This document shows positions 1 through 13,415 of a stretch of 64,000 nucleotides of DNA, in pieces (the first letter of the stretch is position 1; each line of letters starts with the position of its first letter). This DNA is from Botryllus schlosseri (Eukaryota). The translations under genes and the position numbers were made by a program. The stretch covers positions 25,732,001-25,796,000 of the forward strand of contig CM119371.1 of the NCBI GenBank assembly GCA_051294905.1, written 5' to 3'. The notes beneath the pieces are model-generated. The model did no database searches, had not been told where the DNA came from, and worked only from the letters and a program-made list of their open reading frames with translations.

Positions 1-1624
1 CTAAAGAAATTACTTGGATGTGTTTGAATTCTAGACATAGTTCCAATTTACTCGACGCAAGACCCAAGAACAACCGTAGTTTACAACCGTGCACACATAT
101 CCAAAATATCGCACACTATGCTATTCCTAAAGTACAAACACCCGATACAAAATATTACTTGTTGTGTTGTTGCGGCATCATCTTCACAATATCACCCTCA
201 ATACAAATGATGTTTATGTGTAACATGCTATTGATTTGAATCACACCCACCTGACGGAGGAGGATTTACTCAATCTTTACAAAATGGATATTGACCAACA
301 TCACATCATCGGATTGTATCTGTTTTGTTGGATATGAGTTATGTTAGTTTAACAGTAAACAAATTTCACCCTCTTGGATTATGAATTCAATGCGTTAGCA
401 GTCATTCGATATTTTGTTTGTGTCAACTAGTTACTTTGTATGTTACTCCACAACTCTTACAAAAGTACGAAGGATATTAACATCGCACTAAGTAATTAAC
501 TTTACTCGATATTCTCGCATTACGAAACTAAAGAATGGTTGGTTAGACTCTACAAACTGTTTCGATATCACAAGACCTTTATTGTCTGAATGGGTGTTCA
601 TGTATCTTAATAATCAAATAGTTCAACACAGAACTAGTACTAACAGAAACATCAGAGTTGTTTACACAAAAGTTTGTATATGTGCACAGTATGCGAATAC
701 CATGTGTAAGTCCAGCACAATTGCGGTATCCATCCGAGTTTAGTTAACACAAATTTATTACAACGGAGTCACGTAAACTTTCGTGAAAGAAAAGCATACT
801 CACTCCCAGAAGGTTATGTCAATGCCATAGCAGTACCCCAACAGCAAAGTACATATGTTTTCTAGTCACGGTCCTTACATCTTTCACATAGATCAATCTA
901 CTTTGCTAACGAAAAGTGCTGAGTCATCACATGATCACCCTCACAACAAAACAGCTGGTAGATATTATCATTCAAAATATTCCTAACCCTTTACACACCA
1001 GTGACAAATCATACAACGAATATGTTTTGTGGGTCGAATTGTTGTTCAGCGTCAAGTCTCCATGTTGGAGCGTACATTAAAACAGCGCAGTCACAATCCA
1101 ATTAAAACCACGAATCTATTTTCATTTCGTCACATACAGAAAAATAAATTTACTTTCCCAAAACATACTTGTAACCAATCGCTTTCATTAAACATACAAC
1201 ACCATAAAAGTATTTACTTTCTACAACATAGACATTCCGATGTAGTCAAGAAATATTTTTATTAATCAAAATCATCGACTTCTGTTTACGGCGTTAGTGT
1301 GTGCATGTCATATATGTGGGATCCGTATTAAAATGGACACGACGCGACTGAATGTAAGGAGATAGAAGTCTATCGCATAGATTTACATGCGGTCTTCGCT
1401 ACGGTTTCAAAAAACTAATCATCTCTTTTGCATTGATCGAGACCGGCCATGATTGTGTTTGTCATATGCGAATGATAGGGTTACTGTCAAATCTACATAC
1501 AACAATCTTAATCTTCTGACGATCATAATAGCAATTTCATTTTCCGCCCCTTCATAATTGTACAACTCGGTAACTACGTTTAACAAGACCAATCACACTA
1601 CCGGCGTCGAACACAAGATACCTA

Positions 1625-2465
1625 CCCAAGTAAAAATATCATTCTGGTTTGGACAACTGACGTTTACCTGTGTAAAATTATCATTTTCACTTGGAGGTCC
1701 ACCGTTACCTAACTAAAATACCATTGTCCTTTGGAGATTTATCGTTTACCCAGTGTAACAATCCCCTTTTCACTTGGAAATCTATTTTTGGCCTGAATAA
1801 CAAACCCCTTTTCACTTGGAAATCTATTTTTGCCCTGGATAACAAACCTTTTTCATTTGGAAATATATTTTTTCTCTTGGTAACAAACCTTTTTCACTTG
1901 GAAATATATTTTTTCTCTGGGTAACAAACCTTTTTCACTTGGAAATATATTTTTTCTCTTGGTAATAAACCTTTTTCACTTGGAAATATATTTTTTCTCT
2001 TGGTAATAAACCTTTTTCACTTGGAAATATATTTTTTTTTCTCTGAGTAACAAACCTTTTTCACTTGGGAATATATTTTTTCTCTGGTTAACAAACCTTT
2101 TTCACTTGGAAATATATTTTTTCTCTGGGTAACAAACCTTTTTCACTTGGAAATATATTTTTTCCCCGGGTAACAAACCTTTTTCCCTGAGCAACAAACC
2201 TTTTTCACTTGCAAATATATTTTTTCCTGGGTAACAAACCTTTTTCACTTGGAAATATATTTTTTCCCCTGGGTAACAAACCTTTTTCGCTTGGAAATAT
2301 ATTTTTCCCTGGGTTACAAACCTTTTTCACTTGGTGATCCGTCGTTTACCTGAGTAAAAATATCATTTTCCTTTGGGGATCTGGCGTTTACCCAGTGTAA
2401 CAATACATTTTCTCTTGGTCATCTAGCTTTTCCTAGAGTAACAAAACCATTTTCATTTTGAAATC
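1625..2465 (+). repeat. 41-bp minisatellite (AACAAACCTTTTTCACTTGGAAATATATTTTTTCTCTGGGT) with degenerate outer units
   Basis: Unit starts at 2049, 2090, 2131 and 2172 (period 41). Confidence 0.95.
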
Positions 2466-2551
2466 TGACAACCACACCGACAATTTGATATTTTTGTATT
2501 TTCTTACAGCGAACAGCGACAAAATATACACCAACAACGACTCCGATACAT

Positions 2552-3952
2552 TTGTCTAATCAAATATTCACTTGTGTTGGTGCATCCCATCAAAATCGTC
2601 GGTTACCCACATGCAATGCGCTCTTGTACACAGAAATGCATGTTTTGGAAAATTGGACAATAGGCTTCGATAGTTCTGTGATGTCCGGGTTCGTGCTTTG
2701 GATTTTCCAGAGTCAAAATGTCCGAATAAAACACCTCCTTGACGATGGTTGGTATGTGGATAACGGTGTTTGGAAAACGGTTGGATTTATGTCACCCATC
2801 GCGATAACAATTCCAGGTCGAGTTTTCCCCCGCGCGTTTACTATATTGTGTCTTTATTGGTCAATGTATGTCTCGACATTCAGTTTGAAATCGGAAACCC
2901 TGATAAGTATGTAACCGGATCCGGATATCAACTCTGAATCGATAAACCAATGAACAATATTCAAAGTAAACATGTTACATTCCACGAAAAAATACCATCC
3001 AGACATACGTCGCGCTTGTTTGCCCACATCAGTATACGCGTAAATGGAGGTGTGTGACATTGCATGCAATGTGTTGGTATACAAACATCGATCCACAGAC
3101 ATTATCATAGCCGGTAGTTTTGATGTAGATCGAATGTCATCACACCCGATAACAATACCAATAAGCCACATTGCCATGACTCTGAGTCTGCGCTATTACA
3201 TCGATATTTCGATACCGTTCACTGATTTACTCGATGGTGTTATCGTGTTGTAACATTACAAGATAGTCATGGCCCTATCTCCGGACAGACCACCCAGACC
3301 AATTGGATACATCGATCAATGTGTTGTCCACACCGAAGTTTTCTGCTGCAGCGTTTGACCATGGTGAACTATCGAAGTGGTGCTCGAAATGATTGCAATC
3401 AGTCTTTCAGTCACGATGCATGGATGTCGCTACTCCCACATAACGACTCCAGATAAATATCGTGCAAATCTCGGACTGATACTGTGATTCAATAAGGTGT
3501 GTTTTTGTGGAATAAAGACTGCAATCGTACACCACAATAGAAATCATAAAACACATCATCGTAAGGGTCCAGTTCGTCCGGTGTCATTTCGAAACGGTCG
3601 TCGCCACAAGAGATCGGTATCATTTTGAAACGACATCGTCACAAGTCTATTGACGCCGATTCTGTTGGTCATGTCAATCCGTTTCACAATCCACCGTTTT
3701 TCAACTCCCCGCACCATAGTGTTACGACACAGACAAGATGCGATGGTGGAAATAATTAATCACGGAAGGGGCACTTCAGTGTTGTTTGACATGGATTTTA
3801 CACCCGATGAACCTAACATTCGAGCGATGCATTGGAATGACGCTTGTATTATTGATGTCGAAGGAACAGAAATGTATCGATTTATTGGTTTCGCACATAT
3901 CCAACAAAAATCTGGGTATATGATTGTGCATGGTTCGCATATTCCACTGTGA
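2552..3952 (+). pseudogene. Possible decayed gene of unknown function
   Basis: ORFs 2552..2914, 3044..3253 and 3650..3952 share one frame and are separated by about eight in-frame stops. No domain recognised. Confidence 0.3.
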
Positions 3953-4775
3953 ACGCTCTATTGGTATATGTTGTACAGTTCACTTTCACCGTCGTGCGAA
4001 TAACCCATGTTACGGTTCCATGTTTGTGTGTCTGTCTGTCATACTTCAGATTGACTCAGAGTCATTGCAATGTGGCTTATTGGTATTGTTATCGGGTGTG
4101 ATGACATTCGATCTACATCAAAACTACCGGCTATGATAATGTCTGTGGATCGATGTTTGTATACCAACACATTGCATGCAATGTCACACACCTCCATTTA
4201 CGCGTATACTGATGTGGGCAAACAAGCGCGACGTATGTCTGGATGGTATTTTTTCGTGGAATGTAACATGTTTAATTTGAATATTGTTCATTGGTTTATC
4301 GATTCAGAGTTGATATCCGGATCCGGTTACATACTTATCGGGGTTTCCGATTTCAAACTGAATGTCGAGACATACATTGACCAATAAAGACACAATATAG
4401 TAAACGCGCGGGGGAAAACTCGACCTGGAATTGTTATCGCGATGGGTGACATAAATCCAACCGTTTTCCGAACACCGTTATCCACATACCAACCATCGTC
4501 AAGGAGGTGTTTTATTCAGACATTTTGACTCTGGAAAATCCAAAGCACGAACCCGGACATCACAGAACTATCGAAGCCTATTGTCCAATTTTCCAAAACA
4601 TGCATTTCTGTGTACAAGAGCGCATTGCATGTGGGTAACCGACGATTTTGATGGGATGCACCAACACAAGTGAATATTTGATTAGACAAATGTATCGGAG
4701 TCGTTGTTGGTGTATATTTTGTCGCTGTTCGCTGTAAGAAAATACAAAAATATCAAATTGTCGGTGTGGTTGTCA

Positions 4776-5575
4776 GATTTCAAAATGAAAATGGTTTTGT
4801 TACTCTAGGAAAAGCTAGATGACCAAGAGAAAATGTATTGTTACACTGGGTAAACGCCAGATCCCCAAAGGAAAATGATATTTTTACTCAGGTAAACGAC
4901 GGATCACCAAGTGAAAAAGGTTTGTAACCCAGGGAAAAATATATTTCCAAGCGAAAAAGGTTTGTTACCCAGGGAAAAAAATATATTTCCAAGTGAAAAA
5001 GGTTTGTTACCCAGGAAAAAATATATTTGCAAGTGAAAAAGGTTTGTTGCTCAGGGAAAAAAGTTTGTTACCCGGGGAAAAAATATATTTCCAAGTGAAA
5101 AAGGTTTGTTAACCAGAGAAAAAATATATTCCCAAGTGAAAAAGGTTTGTTACTCAGAGAAAAAAAATATATTTCCAAGTGAAAAAGGTTTATTACCAAG
5201 AGAAAAAATATATTTCCAAGTGAAAAAGGTTTATTACCAAGAGAAAAAATATATTTCCAAGTGAAAAAGGTTTGTTACCCAGAGAAAAAATATATTTCCA
5301 AGTGAAAAAGGTTTGTTACCAAGAGAAAAAATATATTTCCAAATGAAAAAGGTTTGTTATCCAGGGCAAAAATAGATTTCCAAGTGAAAAGGGGTTTGTT
5401 ATTCAGGCCAAAAATAGATTTCCAAGTGAAAAGGGGATTGTTACACTGGGTAAACGATAAATCTCCAAAGGACAATGGTATTTTAGTTAGGTAACGGTGG
5501 ACCTCCAAGTGAAAATGATAATTTTACACAGGTAAACGTCAGTTGTCCAAACCAGAATGATATTTTTACTTGGGT
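4776..5575 (-). repeat. Inverted copy of the 41-bp minisatellite, one unit shorter
   Basis: Reverse complement of 1625-2465. The mirror coordinate sum shifts from 7199 to 7241 across the array. Confidence 0.93.
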
Positions 5576-8500
5576 AGGTATCTTGTGTTCAACGCCGGTA
5601 GTGTGATTGGTCTTGTTAAACGTAGTTACCGAGTTGTACAATTATGAAGGGGCGGAAAATGAAATTGCTATTATGATCGTCAGAAGATTAAGATTGTTGT
5701 ATGTAGATTTGACAGTAACCCTATCATTCGCATATGACAAACACAATCATGGCCGGTCTCGATCAATGCAAAAGAGATGATTAGTTTTTTGAAACCGTAG
5801 CGAAGACCGCATGTAAATCTATGCGATAGACTTCCATCTCCTTACATTCAGTCGCGTCGTGTCCATTTTAATACGGATCCCACATATATGACATGCACAC
5901 ACTAACGCCGTAAACAGAAGTCGATGATTTTGATTAATAAAAATATTTCTTGACTACATCGGAATGTCTATGTTGTAGAAAGTAAATACTTTTATGGTGT
6001 TGTATGTTTAATGAAAGCGATTGGTTACAAGTATGTTTTGGGAAATTAAATTTATTTTTCTGTATGTGACGAAATGAAAATAGATTCGTGGTTTTAATTG
6101 GATTGTGACTGCGCTGTTTTAATGTACGCTCCAACATGGAGACTTGACGCTGAACAACAATTCGACCCACAAAACATATTCGTTGTATGATTTGTCACTG
6201 GTGTGTAAAGGGTTAGGAATATTTTGAATGATAATATCTACTAGCTGTTTTGTTGTGAGGGTGATCATGTGATGACTCAGCACTTTTCGTTAGCAAAGTA
6301 GATTGATCTATGTGAAAGATGTAAGGACCGTGACTAGAAAACATATGTACTTTGCTGTTGGGGTACTGCTATGGCATTGACATAACCTTCTGGGAGTGAG
6401 TATGCTTTTCTTTCACGAAAGTTTACGTGACTCCGTTGTAATAAATTTGTGTTAACTAAACTCGGATGGATACCGCAATTGTGCTGGACTTACACATGGT
6501 ATTCGCATACTGTGCACATATACAAACTTTTGTGTAAACAACTCTGATGTTTCTGTTAGTACTAGTTCTGTGTTGAACTATTTGATTATTAAGATACATG
6601 AACACCCATTCAGACAATAAAGGTCTTGTGATATCGAAACAGTTTGTAGAGTCTAACCAACCATTCTTTAGTTTCGTAATGCGAGAATATCGAGTAAAGT
6701 TAATTACTTAGTGCGATGTTAATATCCTTCGTACTTTTGTAAGAGTTGTGGAGTAACATACAAAGTAACTAGTTGACACAAACAAAATATCGAATGACTG
6801 CTAACGCATTGAATTCATAATCCAAGAGGGTGAAATTTGTTTACTGTTAAACTAACATAACTCATATCCAACAAAACAGATACAATCCGATGATGTGATG
6901 TTGGTCAATATCCATTTTGTAAAGATTGAGTAAATCCTCCTCCGTCAGGTGGGTGTGATTCAAATCAATAGCATGTTACACATAAACATCATTTGTATTG
7001 AGGGTGATATTGTGAAGATGATGCCGCAACAACACAACAAGTAATATTTTGTATCGGGTGTTTGTACTTTAGGAATAGCATAGTGTGCGATATTTTGGAT
7101 ATGTGTGCACGGTTGTAAACTACGGTTGTTCTTGGGTCTTGCGTCGAGTAAATTGGAACTATGTCTAGAATTCAAACACATCCAAGTAATTTCTTTAGCG
7201 ACTATGATTACATCTACTTTGATGAGAGGAAATTGAAAAATTCAAATGGATACTACTGACGAACACAAAGTGCAAAATGGTTTTATCAGATTTAGGTGTA
7301 CGATATCTTTTCGATTTCTTTACCAGAGTGTGTTTTACAAATAATTCCAGTTCCCCTAACTATAGGATACATTTGGCAAACATCGTGTAAATTGTTTCTT
7401 TGTGATGGTAACGACTTTCGGCGGCTTAGTTTCATGTCGGGAATTATTATTTGAGGGTTCAAAAACAATCAATACTACAAATGAACAACAATACAAAACA
7501 CGTTTAGTGAATTATAGTGTAGCAAGTACTTCCTTGATATTACGATTGTTGTGCACCAGACATTTCTAGCTGATTTGAATGCATCTAGCAAACATATTCC
7601 AATTTACTTTTGTAATGATCAAAGTCTTAGAGTGCGACCTCGTGATATTTTACATTTAGCATGTAATATAGAAAGTGTGAGCGGAGTTGAGTATTAATCG
7701 TGTACTTGGTGTAGTGCTTTGATATCAAAGAGATATTTTCACCCTGTGTAATGTTTCAATTCTCTGTTGTGAATTCCGACAGTAACGACATTGATGTAAA
7801 ATCCTCACCCGTGGTTATTGTAAGTGAATCCTAAACATCGCAACAGTCGGTATGGAAATCGAACGCGTGCGTACTTTTAGATAGGTGACACTAACAAGTT
7901 TATTACATCCGTGAAATACTCTGAAACGTCGATTCGTGATTGTGTTAGCTATATTCATCTTCCATATCTGTGGACACAAAGATATCCCGACTTTGGTTAC
8001 AACTCACTCGAAACGAATTGTTGCGGGCAATCTAAAAAAGCACAAGTCGAAGACGAATGATTTGATTTCAATGAACTAAAAAAGTCCTTTTGATGTTGGG
8101 TTTAATACAATTTGTACGACTATAACGAATCCGATTCCAAAAGTGCTATGTTACATTTAACAAAAAAGTTTGATGACTTGTATTCTGATATTGATAGATG
8201 TGAAAAGTAATATGACTAGTTTATAAAATCCCGATCATGTTCTTTGTCATGTCTGTGTTCAACAAATATGTGATCAATCCTTACCATTCGATATTAACTT
8301 TCGCAGTCGGCGTAAGCGATAATTTGTTGAAGTAACAATATCGACGAGTTCAATAATAGTCTCCATCGATGTATTCGAATAATCTGTCAGCTACAAGTGG
8401 ATTAAAAACTTGATGCCGTTTTGTGGTTAACTCAAGTCGGTGATCGCGTTTGTGTTGATTTGAGGAATGATCATGACGAGTTGGTCGGGTAAATTAGATA

Positions 8501-10029
8501 ATGTGGTTGTAACTATGACCGTAAAGAGTTGCTGACATTCCAATAAGACGAGTTGGTGGTATATGCCTAAAACCGAACTTGATATGTTTGTTGGTTGTAG
8601 TGATTACTTGCGTAGTCTTGACTACTTTTCGTAACGATACTTTTTGTTTTGGTTGGGTAAGTTACAAACGGATTGACTTGACAAGGTTTTTTGTATTTTA
8701 CTCTTTTGTGTATGGGAATCACTCGATTGCAACAAAAAATAACCTGATAGTTTGTTCAAGGTTTCGACAAATAGATTGAAATATTCCGATTTAACTCATC
8801 GCGTCACAACTCGATCGCGGTATGCATAAGTGGTTGTCAAGATAGAAATATTTACAACAACGGGCGATATTTCATTGATTGATTCTATTGTGTGTAGTAA
8901 CACATTAAAATATCGCGATAGTATTTACTGAAACTCTATTTGACAAATGGAAAACTCAGTCGTGAATAGAGTTGTAAGTTTCAAGGATTGTTTCAAAGTG
9001 TAATCTTGAAATGTGACTGGATCAAAGTTGGTAGTCATGTTTGTCAAACCTATTTCTATTCACACTATGTCAAGTCCAAATATTTCATTCTGGATTATTT
9101 GGATTTACCTTTAGTACATCTCGCGAATGGATTCCGATACCGTACTATAACATTCTTAATAATACGGGTTCGAGGGTTTTCATGATAGAGTTGACGAGTG
9201 ATAAGATGCGTGTTTTTGTTAAGAGTTTGATTTCATGTTGATAAAGACAATAACTGTATAATGCACATACTTGTGATTCTTGATTCTTGTAGAATTATAG
9301 TTGGTATTGATTCTATAAGTGTGAAAACAGCGGCGTGGAATGTGCGAATAATTCGATGTAGCTGAAAGTCGGCGTCAGTAATATTCGGGTTATGGTCGAA
9401 TCAAAAGATCACGAAAAGATTTCTCAAAATAATTAGAATTGTACCGAATTAACACATTCAAATACGAATCAACTCGGTTTGTGTAGTGAATTTCATTTCG
9501 ATTTGACAAATTGATACATTGATTGAATATTCTCATAATTCTTATCGTGCAACTAAAGTCAGCCGCTGTTCGAAGTGTCAAAACATATAGCGACCACCAG
9601 AAAGTGTCAAATTGTTGGTTTTCGAATCACCGTCTGCGACGGCTCTGTGACAAACTAATTACCGAAATATTACCTTGTGAGCGATCGGTATGTCTTTTAC
9701 ACCAAATCACTAAAATGGTTATACCCGAGACATTATCTTGTTAGCGATCGCGGGATTTGTAATCTATTTTACACTTTTTGAAGTGTTAATTTACGAGCGC
9801 GGTTATTTGTTGGTTGCTTTTCGTGTCGCTGCTGAATACTGAATACTCCTGAATGTAATAGCGCTGACTGGATTAGTGTAATCGATAGTAGCATGTGGCT
9901 GGTCGTGAAACAATTCCACACGCAGGTCATTCGAAATATAGGTCGCACTGCTTAATCCTCACAACAAGCCACGTTTCCGTTTGTGCGGTTATTGTTGGTG
10001 ACTATTCAACACCACGCGAGAGATGGTTG

Positions 10030-10700
10030 AAAGTGCGAATCACGACCGCACCCATAAGAACACATGGCGAATCACCAACACAATCTATACGCGAAAGTAC
10101 GGCATGCGAAAGTACGATGTGCGAGAGATGCCTACACCCGAAAGTACGATATGCCGACGCAACCATAAGAACACATAGCGAATCACCAACACAGCCTATA
10201 CGCGAAAGTACGACATGCGAAAGTACGATGTGCGAGAGATGCCTACACCCGAAAGGGCAATTCACGGCCGCACCCATAAGAACACATGGCGAATCACCAC
10301 AGATCCCGTAAGAATACATGACAGGCACATCACCGACGCAGCCTATACCCAAAAGGGTGCCGTCACCAGAGATACCATAAGAAACAATGGCACATCACCA
10401 GAGATCCCATAAGAACCAATCGCACATCACCAGAGACCGCGTAAGAAACAATGACACATCACCAGAGATCCCATAAGAACCATTGGCACATCACGAGCGA
10501 TAGGGGGTCTGAAAGGGTACCATCATCACTACGAGTTTTCACGGCAGGTCATGAGCGAGCCCTATACCTGAAAGGGTGGGGTCACCAGAGATCCCATAAG
10601 AAACAATGGCAAGTCACCAGCGATAGGGGGTCTAAAAGGGTGTGGTCACCAACACGAGTTTTCGCGGCAAGTCACGAGCGGGCCCATAAGAACCCCATTG
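10030..10700. repeat. Subterminal tandem repeats: ~111-bp units, then 32-bp units, sharing a CCCATAAGAA core
   Basis: 111-bp units at ~10051, 10162 and 10273. CACCAGAGATCCCATAAGAAACAATGGCACAT-like units at 10364, 10396, 10428 and 10460. Confidence 0.9.
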
Positions 10701-10728
10701 CGTCATGCGAGCGATCGTATATACTACT

Positions 10729-11312
10729 TACGGCCCACTTTTCGTTTGGTCAAAGGCAATTTGACGTTAATGTGTGACCGGCTTGTCCAGCATTAAATTT
10801 GATAAAACGGGTATCAATGGGAAGTTATCAACGTATTGATTGCTAAAATATGGATTTTATTCTGTTGGTGGCCCTAGAACTCCCCAAAAAACCTCGAATG
10901 TTGCATTGTAAGTGAGTTTGGTATCGTGACGCAACGATGCCGTCTGAGCAGCTCAGGAGCAAATGCGCACAAGAGTGAGATGTGAATGCTCAATCGATTG
11001 CGCAGCAATGGCCAACACGCTTGCAGCTTGCGGTGCTCCTCACATGCTCCAAGACATCAATGCTGCATCACAATACCAAACTCACTTGCTTATTTTGGGG
11101 AGTTCCAGGACCACGAGCAGAATAATTTTTTATTTTCGCAATCAGTACCGCAGTAGCTTTCGATTGATACCCGTTTATCAAATTTCATACTCGGCAAGCC
11201 GGTAAAACATTACCGTCAAATTGCCTTCGACCAAATGGAAAGTGTGATGTACACTAATTTCACTGAACCGTGAGATTTGCTGGTGTCCAAACCATATAGG
11301 ACGCCATGGTTT
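10729..11312. mobile_element. Long-inverted-repeat MITE, left end truncated at the Polinton-like terminus
   Basis: 10740-10900 is inverted to 11090-11240. Related copies lie at ~14330-14600 and 35424-35977. Confidence 0.75.
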
Positions 11313-12572
11313 GTTGAGTGCGTGGTTGAACCAAGTCACAAAAGTCATTCTCTGATTGTAACATTTGACGCGACGACTGCGAGTACCAGTAATTCTACAG
11401 AAGGTCGCGCCTCGCGCTCTAGTCCAAATTACAATTTTCAGTCACAAATCATCAACGGGTCATGTATTGCGATCATAAACAAGTAATGTCACGTAATAGT
11501 TGATCTTCCACTGCGTGGTAAATTTTGAAAGTGATGTATTAGTGAAGTTGTGCGAGTAGTTTCAGGCTTCTGGAGTAGTTTTAGAGCGAGTTTTAAGTTC
11601 TCAAAGTAAAAAAAAATTCGAGTTAAATATTGTCGAATACTTCGAAATCCAAAATGCCGTCGCGGGCCGCACAAAATGGTCTCGCGGGCCGCGTGTTTGA
11701 GACCTCTGCTTTAGTCCATCGATGGTGAATCTGAGGCAGTGGAAGGGAAATTATGTGGCCGTATACACTTATTTGGAATAGGATGTGTTGGCAGCCGTCA
11801 ATATTCAAATTGAATTTACGAATTGATTCCCTAATTCATGAGAGGCTTGCATTATTCTTGAAATTCTGAAAGGGACTATGAACAATTTGGCCACCCAAAG
11901 ATGCAGCAACGGCATTGATAACTTTGCTAAATTTTCTTAGACACCCCCTATGCATCAACTCTACCGATGAAGGATAAATATTTGATTTAATATGCGAAAA
12001 TTTACTAATATCAAAGATGAAATACACTCAAGAACATTGAGAAATTTTTCGCGCTTCGCGCGACTATAATTTGTATGCTTATGGTCATTCAGAAATTGAC
12101 TAATCAGTAATCACGATGTGCTCGTCGCCCATGTTAGCGTTGTATTGACATAGAGTTATCAAAACGTGGCCGTTAACCAGCGTTGCCTGTTTGTATATCG
12201 ATATAGAGGCCATGCGGCCCGCGGCCTCGGCAAATTTTGAAAAGTGGCCCGCGACCCGTTTTGAGTTGGCGACCCCTGGCCTACATCGATGGCATGTATT
12301 GATTTGAAGTGCGTTTTGGTGCCAGTAGTGTGTGTATATCTACTAGTAATATATATGTCACCATGTATGCACACGGATTTATTGTGGCGTCACATATGGT
12401 TGCACGAAATTACGATTAGCCGTCTATAGCAGTGATTCTCAACCTTTTTCACTTCGCGGACCGGTAAAATTTCAAAAGATATTCGGCGGACCGGTGGACC
12501 TTAAAAATTCAAATTAACCCAAGATGTAATGCATGCAAATGCAGCCGTTTTTCTGCAAGTATGGTGCTAGAG

Positions 12573-13415
12573 CAGGAGTGGCCAACCGTTTTGCTCTTCA
12601 CGGCCGCATCTCGATTACTTATATGGATTCCTGGACATAGTCGTAATGAACTAACTGGACGCGAAAGACCTGTGTTCAACTGTGCATGTCCATTTCCGGC
12701 GAACTCTGGACTTATCAACTTTTTCATATCGTCTTGATATACGCACCGAATTCACTACATAGTGGTCATATCAGAAATACTCACTGGGAGCGATCATGAT
12801 CGTGCGAAGCGCGAAAAATTTTTTACGCGTCACGAATGAATTTCGTCATTAATATTCGTAGTTTCACATATTACTCCTAAATATTTATCCTTTCTCAGCC
12901 AATGCGATCAGATTCATCGGTAGAGTTGATGAGGGAGTGTTTTCGAAAATTTAGGGCAAGTAATAAATGTTGATGCATCTTCGGGTGGCCCAATTGTTAT
13001 TATAGTCACTTTGATGGGTGATGTTATTTCTTGACCTCCCATCAGGATTGTCGGTATAGTGGAAAGATCTTGGAATCTCCCAACCGCACCAGAAACAAAT
13101 TACTTTTGCAACGATCGCACGATTCCAAGTTGGTAATTCTATATCAGGTGCATCATTTTCCTCCGCCCTTCGCATCTGTAGTGTGGGGCTCGGATTGCAA
13201 AGGGCGCTATACGGTTATATAAAAAATCGAAAATGAAGTCGCATTGAATCGTGCACAGCGCCAAGAAAATTTCAAAATTATTGAAAATATATCAAAAATT
13301 CGGCAGTCTATCCGTAATTTCAATTTTCAAGTCGACGGCCGCCAACAAATGCTAGTTGAAATAATTGTCTACGGCCGCCCAAATTTCCTTTTACGGCGGC
13401 AGGGAGGCCACCCTG
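12573..13415. mobile_element. hAT MITE (family C) nested in R
   Basis: CAGGAGTGGCC...GGCCACCCTG termini; TSD TGCTAGAG/TACTAGAG; homologous to 49173-49676. Confidence 0.8.

Larger units (their letters stand above)
1..7198. repeat. Giant inverted repeat: arms 1-3188 and 4053-7198, unique 864-bp spacer 3189-4052
   Basis: 7181-7198 is the reverse complement of 1-18. Mirrored ORF pairs: 18..239/6960..7181, 1029..1265/5934..6170, 1691..1924/5275..5508, 2854..3177/4070..4387. The arms differ only by scattered substitutions and one repeat-unit indel. Confidence 0.97.
1..10728. mobile_element. Right part of a large Polinton/Maverick-like element, apparently non-autonomous and fold-back; left end outside the window
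   Basis: Ends in TATATACTACT at 10718-10728 (minus strand AGTAGTATATA), the same terminus as the element at 23017/33718. Subterminal tandem repeats lie at 10030-10700. It abuts a truncated MITE and has no internal MITE insertions. No pPolB, integrase, ATPase or capsid ORF recognised by eye. Confidence 0.55.

Noticed and set aside
1760..2340. CRISPR-like regular repeats
   Set aside because: Units are directly adjacent with no unique spacers, there are no cas genes, and the context is eukaryotic.
5750..8200. Alternative genetic code or stop read-through gene
   Set aside because: All three stop codons are frequent in the frames I tried and no recognisable protein emerges.
9895..10777. ORFs of 108-138 aa with repeated peptides
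   Set aside because: They are translations of the subterminal tandem repeats and are open on both strands.
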